Below, piece after piece: positions 37,877 through 47,752 of a stretch of 64,000 nucleotides of DNA; the first letter of the stretch is position 1; the number at the start of each line of letters is the position of its first letter. A program made the position numbers and the translations under genes. Source of the stretch: an uncultured Bacteroidia bacterium. GTDB lineage: Bacteria > Bacteroidota > Bacteroidia > Palsa-948. The stretch lies in the NCBI GenBank assembly GCA_964481195.1, contig CAYZTB010000002.1, forward strand, positions 66,214-130,213, in the 5' to 3' direction. The notes under the pieces were generated by a model. The model did no database searches, had not been told where the DNA came from, and saw only the letters and a list, made by a program, of their open reading frames with translations.

Positions 37877-38815
37877 CTATTCTGTTTCAGGCACAGGAAC
37901 TGGGTCTGTAGGGGCTTTAAACCGTAAACCTATCATTAGCTCATGTGTTCCGTTATTATAATTTTTTAAGTTAGAAGTAGTTACATCGTAAGAATAACCA
38001 AATGTCAGGTTTTCTTTATAGGTATATCCAACCAGAATTGCCATAGCATCTTTCGTACGGAATGTAGTGCCCGCCCATGCTTTATTTTTATAAATAACCC
38101 GTGCACCTAAATCAACTTGAGCCGGAGTAGGTGCAACCATTTTGAAAAGCAGGGATGGTTCAAGAGCAAACTCATCTGTTAAAAATAATTTGTAGCCTGC
38201 CATTCCATAAAAATGCGTTGCAAGTTTACCTGTGGGTTTAGGGTTATCAAAAAGATTTAGCTTAGCAGGAAATATTTGAGGAACATAGCCCCCCACCCAC
38301 CAATTTCCTGTTCCATTTGATTTAGGTAAATTATATAAGTAGAAAGAGGTGCCTAAGTCTGCAACAACTTTTGATTGATAACCATTTGCAAAGACATAAT
38401 CGCCTGTATTATCCAGCGTTAGTTTTGTAGCATCCACAGCAAATTGCACCGCACCTGCAGAAAGGGAAAGGGATAACTTTATTTCTTCATTAATTTTTAC
38501 ATGGTATGCATAGGATCCACTGAATCCCATTCTTCGTGTTGGCCCTGTAACATCGGTAAATAAATACCCGCCAACTCCCATGTTTTTATTCTTAATGGGC
38601 CCTTGCATGCTTAAAGCATAGGTGCGTGGGGCGTCTATAATACCAATCCACTGAAGTCGATTTGCAGACACAGCGTCAAAAAATGGTCTGCTGCCTGCTA
38701 CGGCTGGATTTTGAAAATAATCGTTCAGCATATATTGCGAGAACAGCGGTAGCTGCTGAGCAAACATACCGATAGACAAAAGTCCCAAGCAAGTAGCTGA
38801 GATTATTTTTTTCAT
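37877..38815 (-). CDS. sprF: Type IX secretion system membrane protein, PorP/SprF family.
   Basis: Signal peptide followed by QQLPLFSQYMLNDYFQNPAVAG, the hallmark PorP/SprF N-terminus. ~312-aa beta-barrel. Lies immediately downstream of a type-B-CTD giant protein. Confidence 0.8.
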   Translation of the reverse strand: MKKIISATCLGLLSIGMFAQQLPLFSQYMLNDYFQNPAVAGSRPFFDAVSANRLQWIGIIDAPRTYALSMQGPIKNKNMGVGGYLFTDVTGPTRRMGFSGSYAYHVKINEEIKLSLSLSAGAVQFAVDATKLTLDNTGDYVFANGYQSKVVADLGTSFYLYNLPKSNGTGNWWVGGYVPQIFPAKLNLFDNPKPTGKLATHFYGMAGYKLFLTDEFALEPSLLFKMVAPTPAQVDLGARVIYKNKAWAGTTFRTKDAMAILVGYTYKENLTFGYSYDVTTSNLKNYNNGTHELMIGLRFKAPTDPVPVPETE

Positions 38816-38880
38816 ATTCTATTTTATTTTTAACTAACGCTTCACTTGTGATTAACAATAAATCAAAAGTCAAACTAATA

Positions 38881-41800
38881 TTATCTAAGTATCGTAATAG
38901 GACCCGTTATTGGATCGGGCTGCATTACAGACTTCAAATTAATAACGTAATAATATGTTCCTACTGGCAACTCCTTGCCATTGTACTTAGCATTCCATTT
39001 ATTGTTGGGGTAATCGGTAGTGCTAAACAATACTTCGCCCCATCTGTTGTAAACTTCTACTAATGCTCCAGGAAAAGCTTCAATATTTGGAATTTCCCAT
39101 ATATCATTTATTCCATCACCGTTTGGCGAAAGTCCATCATTTGGTTTTACAATTCGGACAATAGTAATCGTTACAAAATCGACCGAGGTACATCCGTTTA
39201 CATCTGTAACTAATAGTGTGTAAGTTGTGGTAGTGGTTGGATTAGCTGCTGGGTTTGCAATTGTAGTAGAGCTAAGTCCAGCTGAAGGAGACCATAAATA
39301 ATTACCACTTCCGCTACCATTAAGTACTACAGTACCTGTGGTCAGTATTGTTACATCTGAACCTGCATTAGCAACTGGACCTGTATTCACTGTCACAAAT
39401 ACTGAATCAGTATCAGAACAAATTCCGTTAGAAACAATTAATGCATACGTTGATGAAACGGCAGGTGAAACGGAAGTGCAAATGACTGTATTTGTTAATG
39501 TCCACGTAGGCAGTAAATACCAGTTATATGTTGCGCCATTTAAACTATTTGTACCACAAAGTAGAACGCTGCTTCCTGCACAAAGTGCGGTATCGTTACC
39601 AGCAGCTGAAACAGGCGGAGGCAACACAGTTACTGAAACGGAATCAGTATCCGTACAAGTGCCATTGAATCCAATAATGCCATATGAAGTAGTTCCTACA
39701 GGAGGTGATACGGAAATACATGAGCCGGTAGAAATAGGAGACCAAGCGGGTAATTGATACCACATATATCCATTGGCTCCAGCAGCGCAAATAGACGCGC
39801 TTGTGCCGGCACAAATTGTTGTATTGCTCACAACCAATATAGGGTAGTTGTTTACTATTACAGCTACCGTATCAGTATCAGAACAAATGCCGTTAGTAGC
39901 AATTAAAGCATAATTGTTTATCCCAGCAAAAGGAGATACAGAAATAGACCCCGTTGCTCCTAGCGATGTCCAAGCAGGAAGCTGGTACCAACCTAAGGTG
40001 ATTGCATTTACGCTAGAGCTGGTAAGAGTTGCTGTTCCACCTAAACAGAAAGTAGTGTCAGCACCTGCATTTGCAATAACAGTTGTTATCACTCCAATCG
40101 ACATGGAGTATGTTGCAGTACAAGCATTAGCATCTGTAATTGTAACAGAATATATTCCTGCACAAAGCCCAGACACATCTTGTGTTGTTTGCCCGCCTGG
40201 AACCCATGTGTATGAATATGGAGTAGTACCACCAGTTGGAGTAATGTCAATTAATCCATTGCAAGTATTGTTGCAACTAGCATTTGTACTTACAAAAGTT
40301 GAAGTTAATATTGCAGGATTTGTAAGCGTAATTGTATTTGAACCCAAACAATTATTTGCATCACTTAATTGTAAGGAGTATGTGCCAGAACATAAGCCAG
40401 TAACGGAAGTGGTTGTTTGTCCACCTGGCATCCACAAATAGGTGTAAGGTGCTGTGCCGCCCGTAGGTGCTGCAGAAATAATTCCATTACATGCGTTGTT
40501 GCAAAGTGGGTTTGTTCCGGTAATATTTAACGCTAAAGCTGCAGGTTGTGAAATTGAAATTGTATTTGTATGCGTACACCCTACTGCATCTATAACCGAT
40601 ATGGTATAATTACCAGCACATAAACCCGTTGCAGTTGAAGTTGATTGTCCACCTGTCCATGTGTAAGTGTATGGTGATGAGCCGCCTATCATTGACACCG
40701 ATGCTGTTCCATCGCATGCAGCATTACAAGAGTTATTTGTAGAGGTTATTGTAGAAGTAAGTACTGTATTTTGACCTATGGAAATTGTAGTTGTTAAAGA
40801 GCAGTTATTTGCGTCAGAAAGAGTTAAAGTATAGTTGCCTGCACATTGTGCGGAAATAGACGAAGTTGTAGCGCCTCCCGGTAACCAGCTGTAAGTATAT
40901 GCTCCAGTTCCGCCAGTAGCAGCAGTTGTTATACCGCCATCGCAAATTCCAAAGCAAGTTGCATTAGTTGCTACTGCATTGGGTACCAGTTGGGCGGGGC
41001 CAATTATGTTTATGCTTTTAATTGTAGTGCAACCGTTAATATCAGTCACATGCGCAAAATATTGGTTAGGACATAAACCCGAAACACTTTGCGTAGTTTG
41101 TGAACCTGCAGGGAACGTCCAAGCATAAACCCAAGGAGGACCATTGCCAGTCGAAGAGACTATAGTTCCAGTTCCGTCACATGCACCAAAACATGTTACG
41201 CTAGTGCTGCTAACGGTTACAAATGGTCCTGTACTGTTGCTAACGGCATTCGTGTCAAGGCTAATACAACCATTGGCATCCATCACAGTGTCAATATAAA
41301 CTCCAGCACATAATCCGGTTATAGCAGCAGTAGTAGCTCCTGTTCCCCAAAAGAAAGAGTATGGACTAGTACCACCATTTCCCGCAACCGTAATACTGCC
41401 GTTACATACTAAACAAGTTGCAGCAGATATAGAAGAAGATTGTGTAAGTATTGGTGGTGAAGTAATGGTTATTGCTTGAGACGCGGAACAATTATTTGCA
41501 TCTGTAACTACCAATGTGTAAGTGCCAGCACATAGACCAGTTGTTATTGCCGAAGTGCCTCCATTACTCCACTGAAATGTATAGGTGCCCGTTCCTCCTA
41601 ACGGAGAAGAAGTGGCAGTACCATCACAAGTATAATTACATGTAGTTTGAGTAAATGTGATATTTGCTTGTATTAAACTTTGGGAAGAAATTGTAAATGG
41701 AGTTGGAGAAGTACAAGCATTGGCATCCGATACGGTTAGTGTATAGTTGCCAGCACAAAGTCCAGTAACTGCAGAAGTTGTGTATCCGCCCGGATTCCAC

Positions 41801-44800
41801 AAGTAGGTGTAACTACCAGTACCGCCACTTAAATTTACGGAAGCCGATCCATCACATCCACCAAAACAGCTTGCGTTGGTTGTTGTAAGTGTAGGAGAAA
41901 TTGCAGTAGGCTGAGTGATGGAAACTGTTTGAGAAGAAGTACATCCATTAGCATCTGTAACAGTTCCAAAATAATTACCTACGCATAATGCAGATATTGT
42001 AGAAGTGGTTTGTCCACCTGCCAACCAAGAATAACTATAAGCGGTTGAACCGCCTGATGCAGATAATGTTGCAGTTCCATTACATATGGAGTTACAAGTA
42101 ATGTTTGATGATGCTACAGTAGTAGTTAAAGCAACAGGTTGAGTAATTGATACAGTAGAAGTAGCAGTACACCCTTTTTGATCTGTTACAGTCAATGAGT
42201 AGTTTCCTGGAGATAATCCAACGATAGTAGGGAATGAAGATCCATTACTCCATGAATAAGTATATGGTGTAGTGCCGCCCGATACTGTTGCGTTGGCACT
42301 GCCATTTCCAGACCCGTTACAAGTTACGTTTGTTGCAGTTATAGAAACACTTAAGAGCGCAGGTTGGGTTACAGTTAAAGCTAAAGTATCATCACACCCA
42401 GAAGCGTCTGCTAAAATAACGGAGTATGTTCCGGCAGTAAGTCCGCTAATACAAGAAGTAGACTGACCACTAGACCAAGTAAATGTGTAAGGAGTGTTGC
42501 CGCCAGCAGGCGATAAACATATGCTGCCATTATTCCCTGAATTACATGAAACATTTGAAATAGTGGGGTTAGCGACTAACTGTGGTGGATTAGAAAGTAC
42601 AACAGTTGTGAAAGTTGGACAAGGCACATTGTCATCTACTTGAAGAATGTATGTTCCAGCGCACAGACCAGTAGCAGCAGATGTAGTTTGTCCACTAGGA
42701 GTCCATAAATAAGTGAAAGGTGAATTACCTGCAGCAGAAACTGCAATTGCTCCATCACAACCCGCGTTACAAAGTGGATCTAATGCTGAAATAACTGTAA
42801 GTGTTGGACCAGTAAGTGAGCCTAATGCTATAGGGAAAACAGCTGTACATCCCGATGCATCAGCAATGGTAACTGTATAGATTCCTGCAACAAGTCCAGT
42901 AATACAAGAAGTAGTTTCTAGACCTGGAGCCCAAGAATATGTGTAAGGCGATACGCCACCGGATGCACTAGCACATATTGCACCATTATTGCTACCGCAA
43001 GTTGTAAGTGTTGTAGAAGGATTATTGCTGATGGTTGGAATTATTCCAACAAGAACAGTATTGGTAGAGGTGCAATTATTTGCATCGGTTATTAATACAG
43101 AATAATTTCCAGCACAAAGGCCTGTTGCTGTAGTTGTATTTTGAGAAGGGAATCCAGACCAGGCATAGGTTAAGGTTCCTGTTCCTCCAGATGTAGCCAC
43201 GGTTGCTGTACCATTACAAATGCCGCATGATGCAGCAGTACTGCTAATTGTGTTTGTAAGAGGAGTTGGCGAGGAAAATGAAACCGTTTTAGTAGCTGTG
43301 CATCCCGAATTATCAGTAACCGTTACAGAATAAACGCCTGCACATAATCCAGTTGCAGTAGCGTTTGTTTGTCCGCCTGTCCAAGAATATGTATACGGAT
43401 TTGCTCCACCTGACGGTGTAGCTGTTGCGGATGCATCACATGAGCCAGCGCAAGAAACAGAGGGGCCAGAGGATGACAGGGTAACATTTATTTTAGAAGT
43501 AACATTTACAGTAAGTGAGTTTGTGCAATTATTTGCATCAGTAATTGTTACAGAATAAACACCAACGCATAGTCCAGTTGCAGTAGAAGTTGTTTGTCCG
43601 CCCGGAGACCAAGAGTAACTATAGGGTGTAGTCCCACCTGTTGAAATAATACTTGCGCTACCTGTGCAAAGATTACAACTGGAAGTTGAAGTAGAGATAA
43701 AAGATAAAAGAGCACTTGGCTGAGTGATATTTAAATTATTTATATTGGAACAACCTTTAGAATCAGTAACCATTACACCAATAGCCCCTTGACACAATCC
43801 AGTAATTGTTTGTGTTGTAATACCACCACCCCATAAGTAAGTATAAGGTGGAGTGCCTCCTGTAGGCGCAGAAGTAGCAGAACCATCGCATGCACCGGAG
43901 CAGGATACATTATTAATTACAGAAGCATTTGCTGCTACAGCTGAAGGCTGAGTAAGCGTAACAGTTTTTACTACAAAGCATCCTTTGCTATCTGTTACAG
44001 TTATTGTATAAAATCCTGCACATTGTGAAGTAATTGCAGATGTAGTTTGTCCGCCAGGTAACCAAGCATAGGTGTAAGCTCCTGTTCCTCCAGAAGCAGT
44101 TATTGTAACAGAACCAGTACAACTTCCAAAACAAGGTGGGTTAGTAGAAGAAAGAGTAGACGTTAAAACAGTGGGTGCAGTAAATGTAACAGATGTAGTT
44201 GCGGTGCATCCGTTTGCATCAGTAGCTGTTAAAGAATACGCTCCTGCACAAAGTCCAGTTATTGAAGCAGTAGTAGCGCCAGTAGACCAAGCATACGAAT
44301 AGGTTGGAGTTCCGCCATTAAGATTTATAAGTATTGACCCGTCACAATCGCCATTACATTTTAATGGATTGGGTGTGGCTGATCCGATGGAAGCAGTAAA
44401 TAAATTTGGTTGCGTAACATTGATAGTTCCAGTAGCGGTACATCCTGCGGAACCGGTTATAAGAACCGAATAACTTCCAGCACTTAATCCCGTAGCAGTA
44501 GAAGTAGTTTGTCCGCCAGGAGTCCATAAATAAGTGTACGGAGATACTCCTCCTGTTGGCGATGATGTAGCGCTGCCATTAGATAAGCCATTACAAGTAA
44601 CTGATGTGCTACTTAAGTTTGGAAGAATTGGAATTGGAGGAGATACTGTAATAGTTGCGGTAGCTAAACAGTTTTTTGAATCTCTAACGGTAATTGTGTA
44701 ATTGTTAGGACATAATCCAGTAGCTGTTGATGTTGTTTTTCCTCCTGGCGCCCATAAATAGGTGTATGGAGCAGTACCTCCAGATACTGTTGCAGTTGCA

Positions 44801-46209
44801 GTACCATCACAAGAGCCAGCACAAGTTTCATTAGTTTTTGTAGGAGTAATTGCAAGAACTGCTGGTTGAGTGAGAGTTATGGAACTTACTTTAGTACAAC
44901 CGTTTTGATCTGAAATAGTTACAGAATACGTATTGTTACAAAGATTAGAAACCGATGAAGAAGTAGCACCTCCTGGAGTCCACAAATAAGTGTAAGGAGA
45001 AACACCTCCGGCAGCATTTGCATTTGCTGTTCCATCGCATTGATTAAAACAATTAATATTATTTCCAGTTGGAATGGATGTTATAGCAGAAGGTTGAGTT
45101 AAGGTAACCGTAGCAGTGGTAACACAATTATTAGCATCTCTAAGAGTAAGGGTATAGCTTCCCGCACACATTCCTGTAACTGCAGATGAAGTATATCCTC
45201 CAGGTGCCCAAGCATAGGTATATGCACCCATTCCTCCAGATGCAGTAGCGGTTACCGATCCGGTGCAAACACTATTGCAAAGTAAATTAGATCCTGTAAC
45301 CGTTACCGTTAACAAAGCTGGTTGAGAAATAGTAGTTATATAGGTGGTGATACAAATTTTTGTATCGCGAATCGTACATGTATAACTCCCCGGACATAAA
45401 TTAGATATTGAAGAAGTCGTAGCTCCGCCAGGACTCCAAGAGTAAGTATATGGAACATTGCCGCCTGTAGGTGCTACAGATGCAGTGCCGTTACATAACC
45501 CAAAGCAAGTAATTGAAGTAGTTGTCCCATTCGATACAAGTGGAGCAGGTTGCCCAATGTTTACATTTCTAACAGCCGTACATCCATTGGCATCTGTTAT
45601 TGTAACAACATAAAGTTGAGCGCAAAGTCCGGTAGCTAATGTTGTTGTTTGAATAGGAGCAGTATTCCATGAATAAGTGTAGGGCGAAGTTCCTCCAGTG
45701 GGAGTTGCAGTTGCTGAACCATCACATAATCCAAAACAAGAACTTACAGGGGCGGGCGGTGTAATATTTACAATAAGTGAGGCAGGATTTACAAGAGCAA
45801 TAGAGCCACTGCAATAACCACCAATAGTAGCATCCCAAACCTGAATTAGGTAAGTATTGCCTACTAAACCAGTTATAGATGCAGTTGTTGCAGAGCCACC
45901 TGGCGGAGACCATAAATAAGTGTAGGGTGTGGTCCCACCACTTACTGAAACTGAGGCAGATCCATTTGCAGCCCCATTACATAAAGGATCTGTGCCACTA
46001 ATAACTAGAGTTAATGTTCCACAAGTAACTGTTGTAGTAGCAGCAAGTGGAGTTGGATCTGCAACAAATTCTTTTTGAGCAAAGACACCTACTACACTAC
46101 AAGAAAAAAACAGTAAGAGTAAAAATCTTTTCAAACTGGAAATTTTATTTTGTATCATCTGTTTACGAACAGAATGCAAAGATGTTACATTTTTTATAAA
46201 AAAACGCAT
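38881..46209 (-). CDS. SprB-repeat giant cell-surface adhesin with a gliding-motility-associated (T9SS type B) C-terminal domain.
   Basis: ~26 SprB repeats (C.G.CDGSA…GGT.PYTY.W.PGG), then 4 repeats of a second type (…TFCLGGTATL…YQLPAW…), then a C-terminal …PNDGLSPNGDGINDIWEIPNIEAFPGALVEVYNRWGEVLF… (CHU_C / type-B CTD). The likely start is MIQNK at 46158. Confidence 0.85.
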   Translation of the reverse strand: MRFFIKNVTSLHSVRKQMIQNKISSLKRFLLLLFFSCSVVGVFAQKEFVADPTPLAATTTVTCGTLTLVISGTDPLCNGAANGSASVSVSGGTTPYTYLWSPPGGSATTASITGLVGNTYLIQVWDATIGGYCSGSIALVNPASLIVNITPPAPVSSCFGLCDGSATATPTGGTSPYTYSWNTAPIQTTTLATGLCAQLYVVTITDANGCTAVRNVNIGQPAPLVSNGTTTSITCFGLCNGTASVAPTGGNVPYTYSWSPGGATTSSISNLCPGSYTCTIRDTKICITTYITTISQPALLTVTVTGSNLLCNSVCTGSVTATASGGMGAYTYAWAPGGYTSSAVTGMCAGSYTLTLRDANNCVTTATVTLTQPSAITSIPTGNNINCFNQCDGTANANAAGGVSPYTYLWTPGGATSSSVSNLCNNTYSVTISDQNGCTKVSSITLTQPAVLAITPTKTNETCAGSCDGTATATVSGGTAPYTYLWAPGGKTTSTATGLCPNNYTITVRDSKNCLATATITVSPPIPILPNLSSTSVTCNGLSNGSATSSPTGGVSPYTYLWTPGGQTTSTATGLSAGSYSVLITGSAGCTATGTINVTQPNLFTASIGSATPNPLKCNGDCDGSILINLNGGTPTYSYAWSTGATTASITGLCAGAYSLTATDANGCTATTSVTFTAPTVLTSTLSSTNPPCFGSCTGSVTITASGGTGAYTYAWLPGGQTTSAITSQCAGFYTITVTDSKGCFVVKTVTLTQPSAVAANASVINNVSCSGACDGSATSAPTGGTPPYTYLWGGGITTQTITGLCQGAIGVMVTDSKGCSNINNLNITQPSALLSFISTSTSSCNLCTGSASIISTGGTTPYSYSWSPGGQTTSTATGLCVGVYSVTITDANNCTNSLTVNVTSKINVTLSSSGPSVSCAGSCDASATATPSGGANPYTYSWTGGQTNATATGLCAGVYSVTVTDNSGCTATKTVSFSSPTPLTNTISSTAASCGICNGTATVATSGGTGTLTYAWSGFPSQNTTTATGLCAGNYSVLITDANNCTSTNTVLVGIIPTISNNPSTTLTTCGSNNGAICASASGGVSPYTYSWAPGLETTSCITGLVAGIYTVTIADASGCTAVFPIALGSLTGPTLTVISALDPLCNAGCDGAIAVSAAGNSPFTYLWTPSGQTTSAATGLCAGTYILQVDDNVPCPTFTTVVLSNPPQLVANPTISNVSCNSGNNGSICLSPAGGNTPYTFTWSSGQSTSCISGLTAGTYSVILADASGCDDTLALTVTQPALLSVSITATNVTCNGSGNGSANATVSGGTTPYTYSWSNGSSFPTIVGLSPGNYSLTVTDQKGCTATSTVSITQPVALTTTVASSNITCNSICNGTATLSASGGSTAYSYSWLAGGQTTSTISALCVGNYFGTVTDANGCTSSQTVSITQPTAISPTLTTTNASCFGGCDGSASVNLSGGTGSYTYLWNPGGYTTSAVTGLCAGNYTLTVSDANACTSPTPFTISSQSLIQANITFTQTTCNYTCDGTATSSPLGGTGTYTFQWSNGGTSAITTGLCAGTYTLVVTDANNCSASQAITITSPPILTQSSSISAATCLVCNGSITVAGNGGTSPYSFFWGTGATTAAITGLCAGVYIDTVMDANGCISLDTNAVSNSTGPFVTVSSTSVTCFGACDGTGTIVSSTGNGPPWVYAWTFPAGSQTTQSVSGLCPNQYFAHVTDINGCTTIKSINIIGPAQLVPNAVATNATCFGICDGGITTAATGGTGAYTYSWLPGGATTSSISAQCAGNYTLTLSDANNCSLTTTISIGQNTVLTSTITSTNNSCNAACDGTASVSMIGGSSPYTYTWTGGQSTSTATGLCAGNYTISVIDAVGCTHTNTISISQPAALALNITGTNPLCNNACNGIISAAPTGGTAPYTYLWMPGGQTTTSVTGLCSGTYSLQLSDANNCLGSNTITLTNPAILTSTFVSTNASCNNTCNGLIDITPTGGTTPYSYTWVPGGQTTQDVSGLCAGIYSVTITDANACTATYSMSIGVITTVIANAGADTTFCLGGTATLTSSSVNAITLGWYQLPAWTSLGATGSISVSPFAGINNYALIATNGICSDTDTVAVIVNNYPILVVSNTTICAGTSASICAAGANGYMWYQLPAWSPISTGSCISVSPPVGTTSYGIIGFNGTCTDTDSVSVTVLPPPVSAAGNDTALCAGSSVLLCGTNSLNGATYNWYLLPTWTLTNTVICTSVSPAVSSTYALIVSNGICSDTDSVFVTVNTGPVANAGSDVTILTTGTVVLNGSGSGNYLWSPSAGLSSTTIANPAANPTTTTTYTLLVTDVNGCTSVDFVTITIVRIVKPNDGLSPNGDGINDIWEIPNIEAFPGALVEVYNRWGEVLFSTTDYPNNKWNAKYNGKELPVGTYYYVINLKSVMQPDPITGPITILR

Positions 46210-46291
46210 AAAATTGCGGCTTTTTATAAACTATACGATGTGTAAAGCTAATTTGGAAGTTCGGTTTTTTAATACAAAAAAACTAAAAGCT

Positions 46292-46543
46292 CTATCTATA
46301 AGGATTTTGGCTCTTTTTTTCACCAGGATGCATTTTTTTCCATCTTTTAGCCATGTCTTTTCTGTACTGCTTTTTAACCCTCTTAGAGCTAGAGCCAAAT
46401 TCTTTAGCTAGCTCGTGGGGCTTTTTACCGGAGTGCAAACCATTTTTCTCAATGTATTCTTTTGGAGCGCGCGCTTTGCATGAGAACAGCAACACGCAAA
46501 TGCCGACAAAAAAAAGTATGATGTATTTTTTAACCATTATCAT
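46292..46543 (-). CDS. Small Lys-rich lipoprotein, hypothetical.
   Basis: Signal plus lipobox (…LLFSCKA), 83 aa. Confidence 0.35.
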   Translation of the reverse strand: MIMVKKYIILFFVGICVLLFSCKARAPKEYIEKNGLHSGKKPHELAKEFGSSSKRVKKQYRKDMAKRWKKMHPGEKKSQNPYR

Positions 46544-46608
46544 GCTAAGGAAATAGAAAATTCATGCAAAAAAATCTTTCAGAAAAACGAATTCGAAAGA
46601 AAAATATT

Positions 46609-47631
46609 TTACCAGCCAAGTATGTATGCAAACATTAACGGTGCAACAATACTTGCATCTGATTCAATTACAAATTTAGGAGTGGTAGTATTTAATTTTC
46701 CCCATGTAATTTTTTCATTGGGTACTGCTCCAGAATAAGAACCATAACTTGTTGTTGAATCTGATATTTGACAGAAGTAAGACCAGAAAGGCGTGTCTTT
46801 GCGTTTTAAATCTTGAATCAGCATCGGCACAACACAAATTGGGAAGTCTCCCGCAATGCCTCCTCCAATCTGGTAGAATCCAATTCCTTTTCCTTTGCAA
46901 TTATTAGTATACCAATCGGCAAGAAAAGTCATGTACTCAATTCCTGATCTTACAGTAGTTGCTTTTAAATTTCCAGTAAGGCAATACGAAGCAAATACGT
47001 TTCCAAGCGTAGAATCTTCCCAGCCTGGGACAATAAGAGGAATATTTTTTTCTGCAGCAGCTAACACCCAAGAATCTTTGGGGTCGATTTGATAATATTT
47101 TTTTAATTCACCATCCAAAAGTAGTTTATAGAAAAACTCATGAGGTAAATAACGTTCGCCTTTATTGTCTGCTTCTTTCCACAATTTAAATATATGTTTT
47201 TCGATTCTGCGCATCGCTTCTTCTTCGGGTATACAGGTATCTGTTACTCTATTGAAGCCTTCTTCAAAAAGTGTCCATTCTTCAGCAGGACTTAAATCTC
47301 GGTAATTGGGAATTCTTTTATAATGGTCATGCGCAACAAGGTTAAAAACATCTTCTTCTAAGTTTGCACCAGTACAGGAGATGATCTGAACTTTATTATT
47401 ACGTATCATTTCTGCTAAGGAAACACCCAGCTCGGCAGTACTCATTGCTCCAGCAAGTGTAATCATCATTTTACCGCCTTCTGCTAAATGCGTGTTGTAA
47501 GCTTTAGAAGCATCCACAACCGTTGCAGCATTAAAATGCCTATAATGTTTTTCAATGAAAGCGGAGATTGCATTTTTGGTTTCACCTTGCTTTACAGCAA
47601 CAGCATCTCCGGATTTAGTTATTGTGCTCAT
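46609..47631 (-). CDS. Deoxyhypusine synthase-family protein (homospermidine-synthase-like).
   Basis: From MSTITKSG…: a DHS-like NAD-binding fold (…ITLAGAMSTAELG…ISCTGANLEEDVFN…). The first 21 codons of the ORF track are an upstream extension. Confidence 0.75.
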   Translation of the reverse strand: MSTITKSGDAVAVKQGETKNAISAFIEKHYRHFNAATVVDASKAYNTHLAEGGKMMITLAGAMSTAELGVSLAEMIRNNKVQIISCTGANLEEDVFNLVAHDHYKRIPNYRDLSPAEEWTLFEEGFNRVTDTCIPEEEAMRRIEKHIFKLWKEADNKGERYLPHEFFYKLLLDGELKKYYQIDPKDSWVLAAAEKNIPLIVPGWEDSTLGNVFASYCLTGNLKATTVRSGIEYMTFLADWYTNNCKGKGIGFYQIGGGIAGDFPICVVPMLIQDLKRKDTPFWSYFCQISDSTTSYGSYSGAVPNEKITWGKLNTTTPKFVIESDASIVAPLMFAYILGW

Positions 47632-47752
47632 AGTTGGTATTTTTAGGTATCTAAAAAAGAGCACAAAAATATTTATTCTTTCTGAAACAAGCAAAAAAAT
47701 ATGAAAAACCTTTCAAGTTTTTTTCAAGATAAAAAGCAGAAGTAATAGGATG

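Noticed and set aside
39338-42466. Plus-strand ORFs 39338–39757, 39914–40441 and 42272–42466.
   Set aside because: They are antisense within the 7.3-kb SprB-repeat gene and carry Thr/Val/Pro-rich mirror composition.
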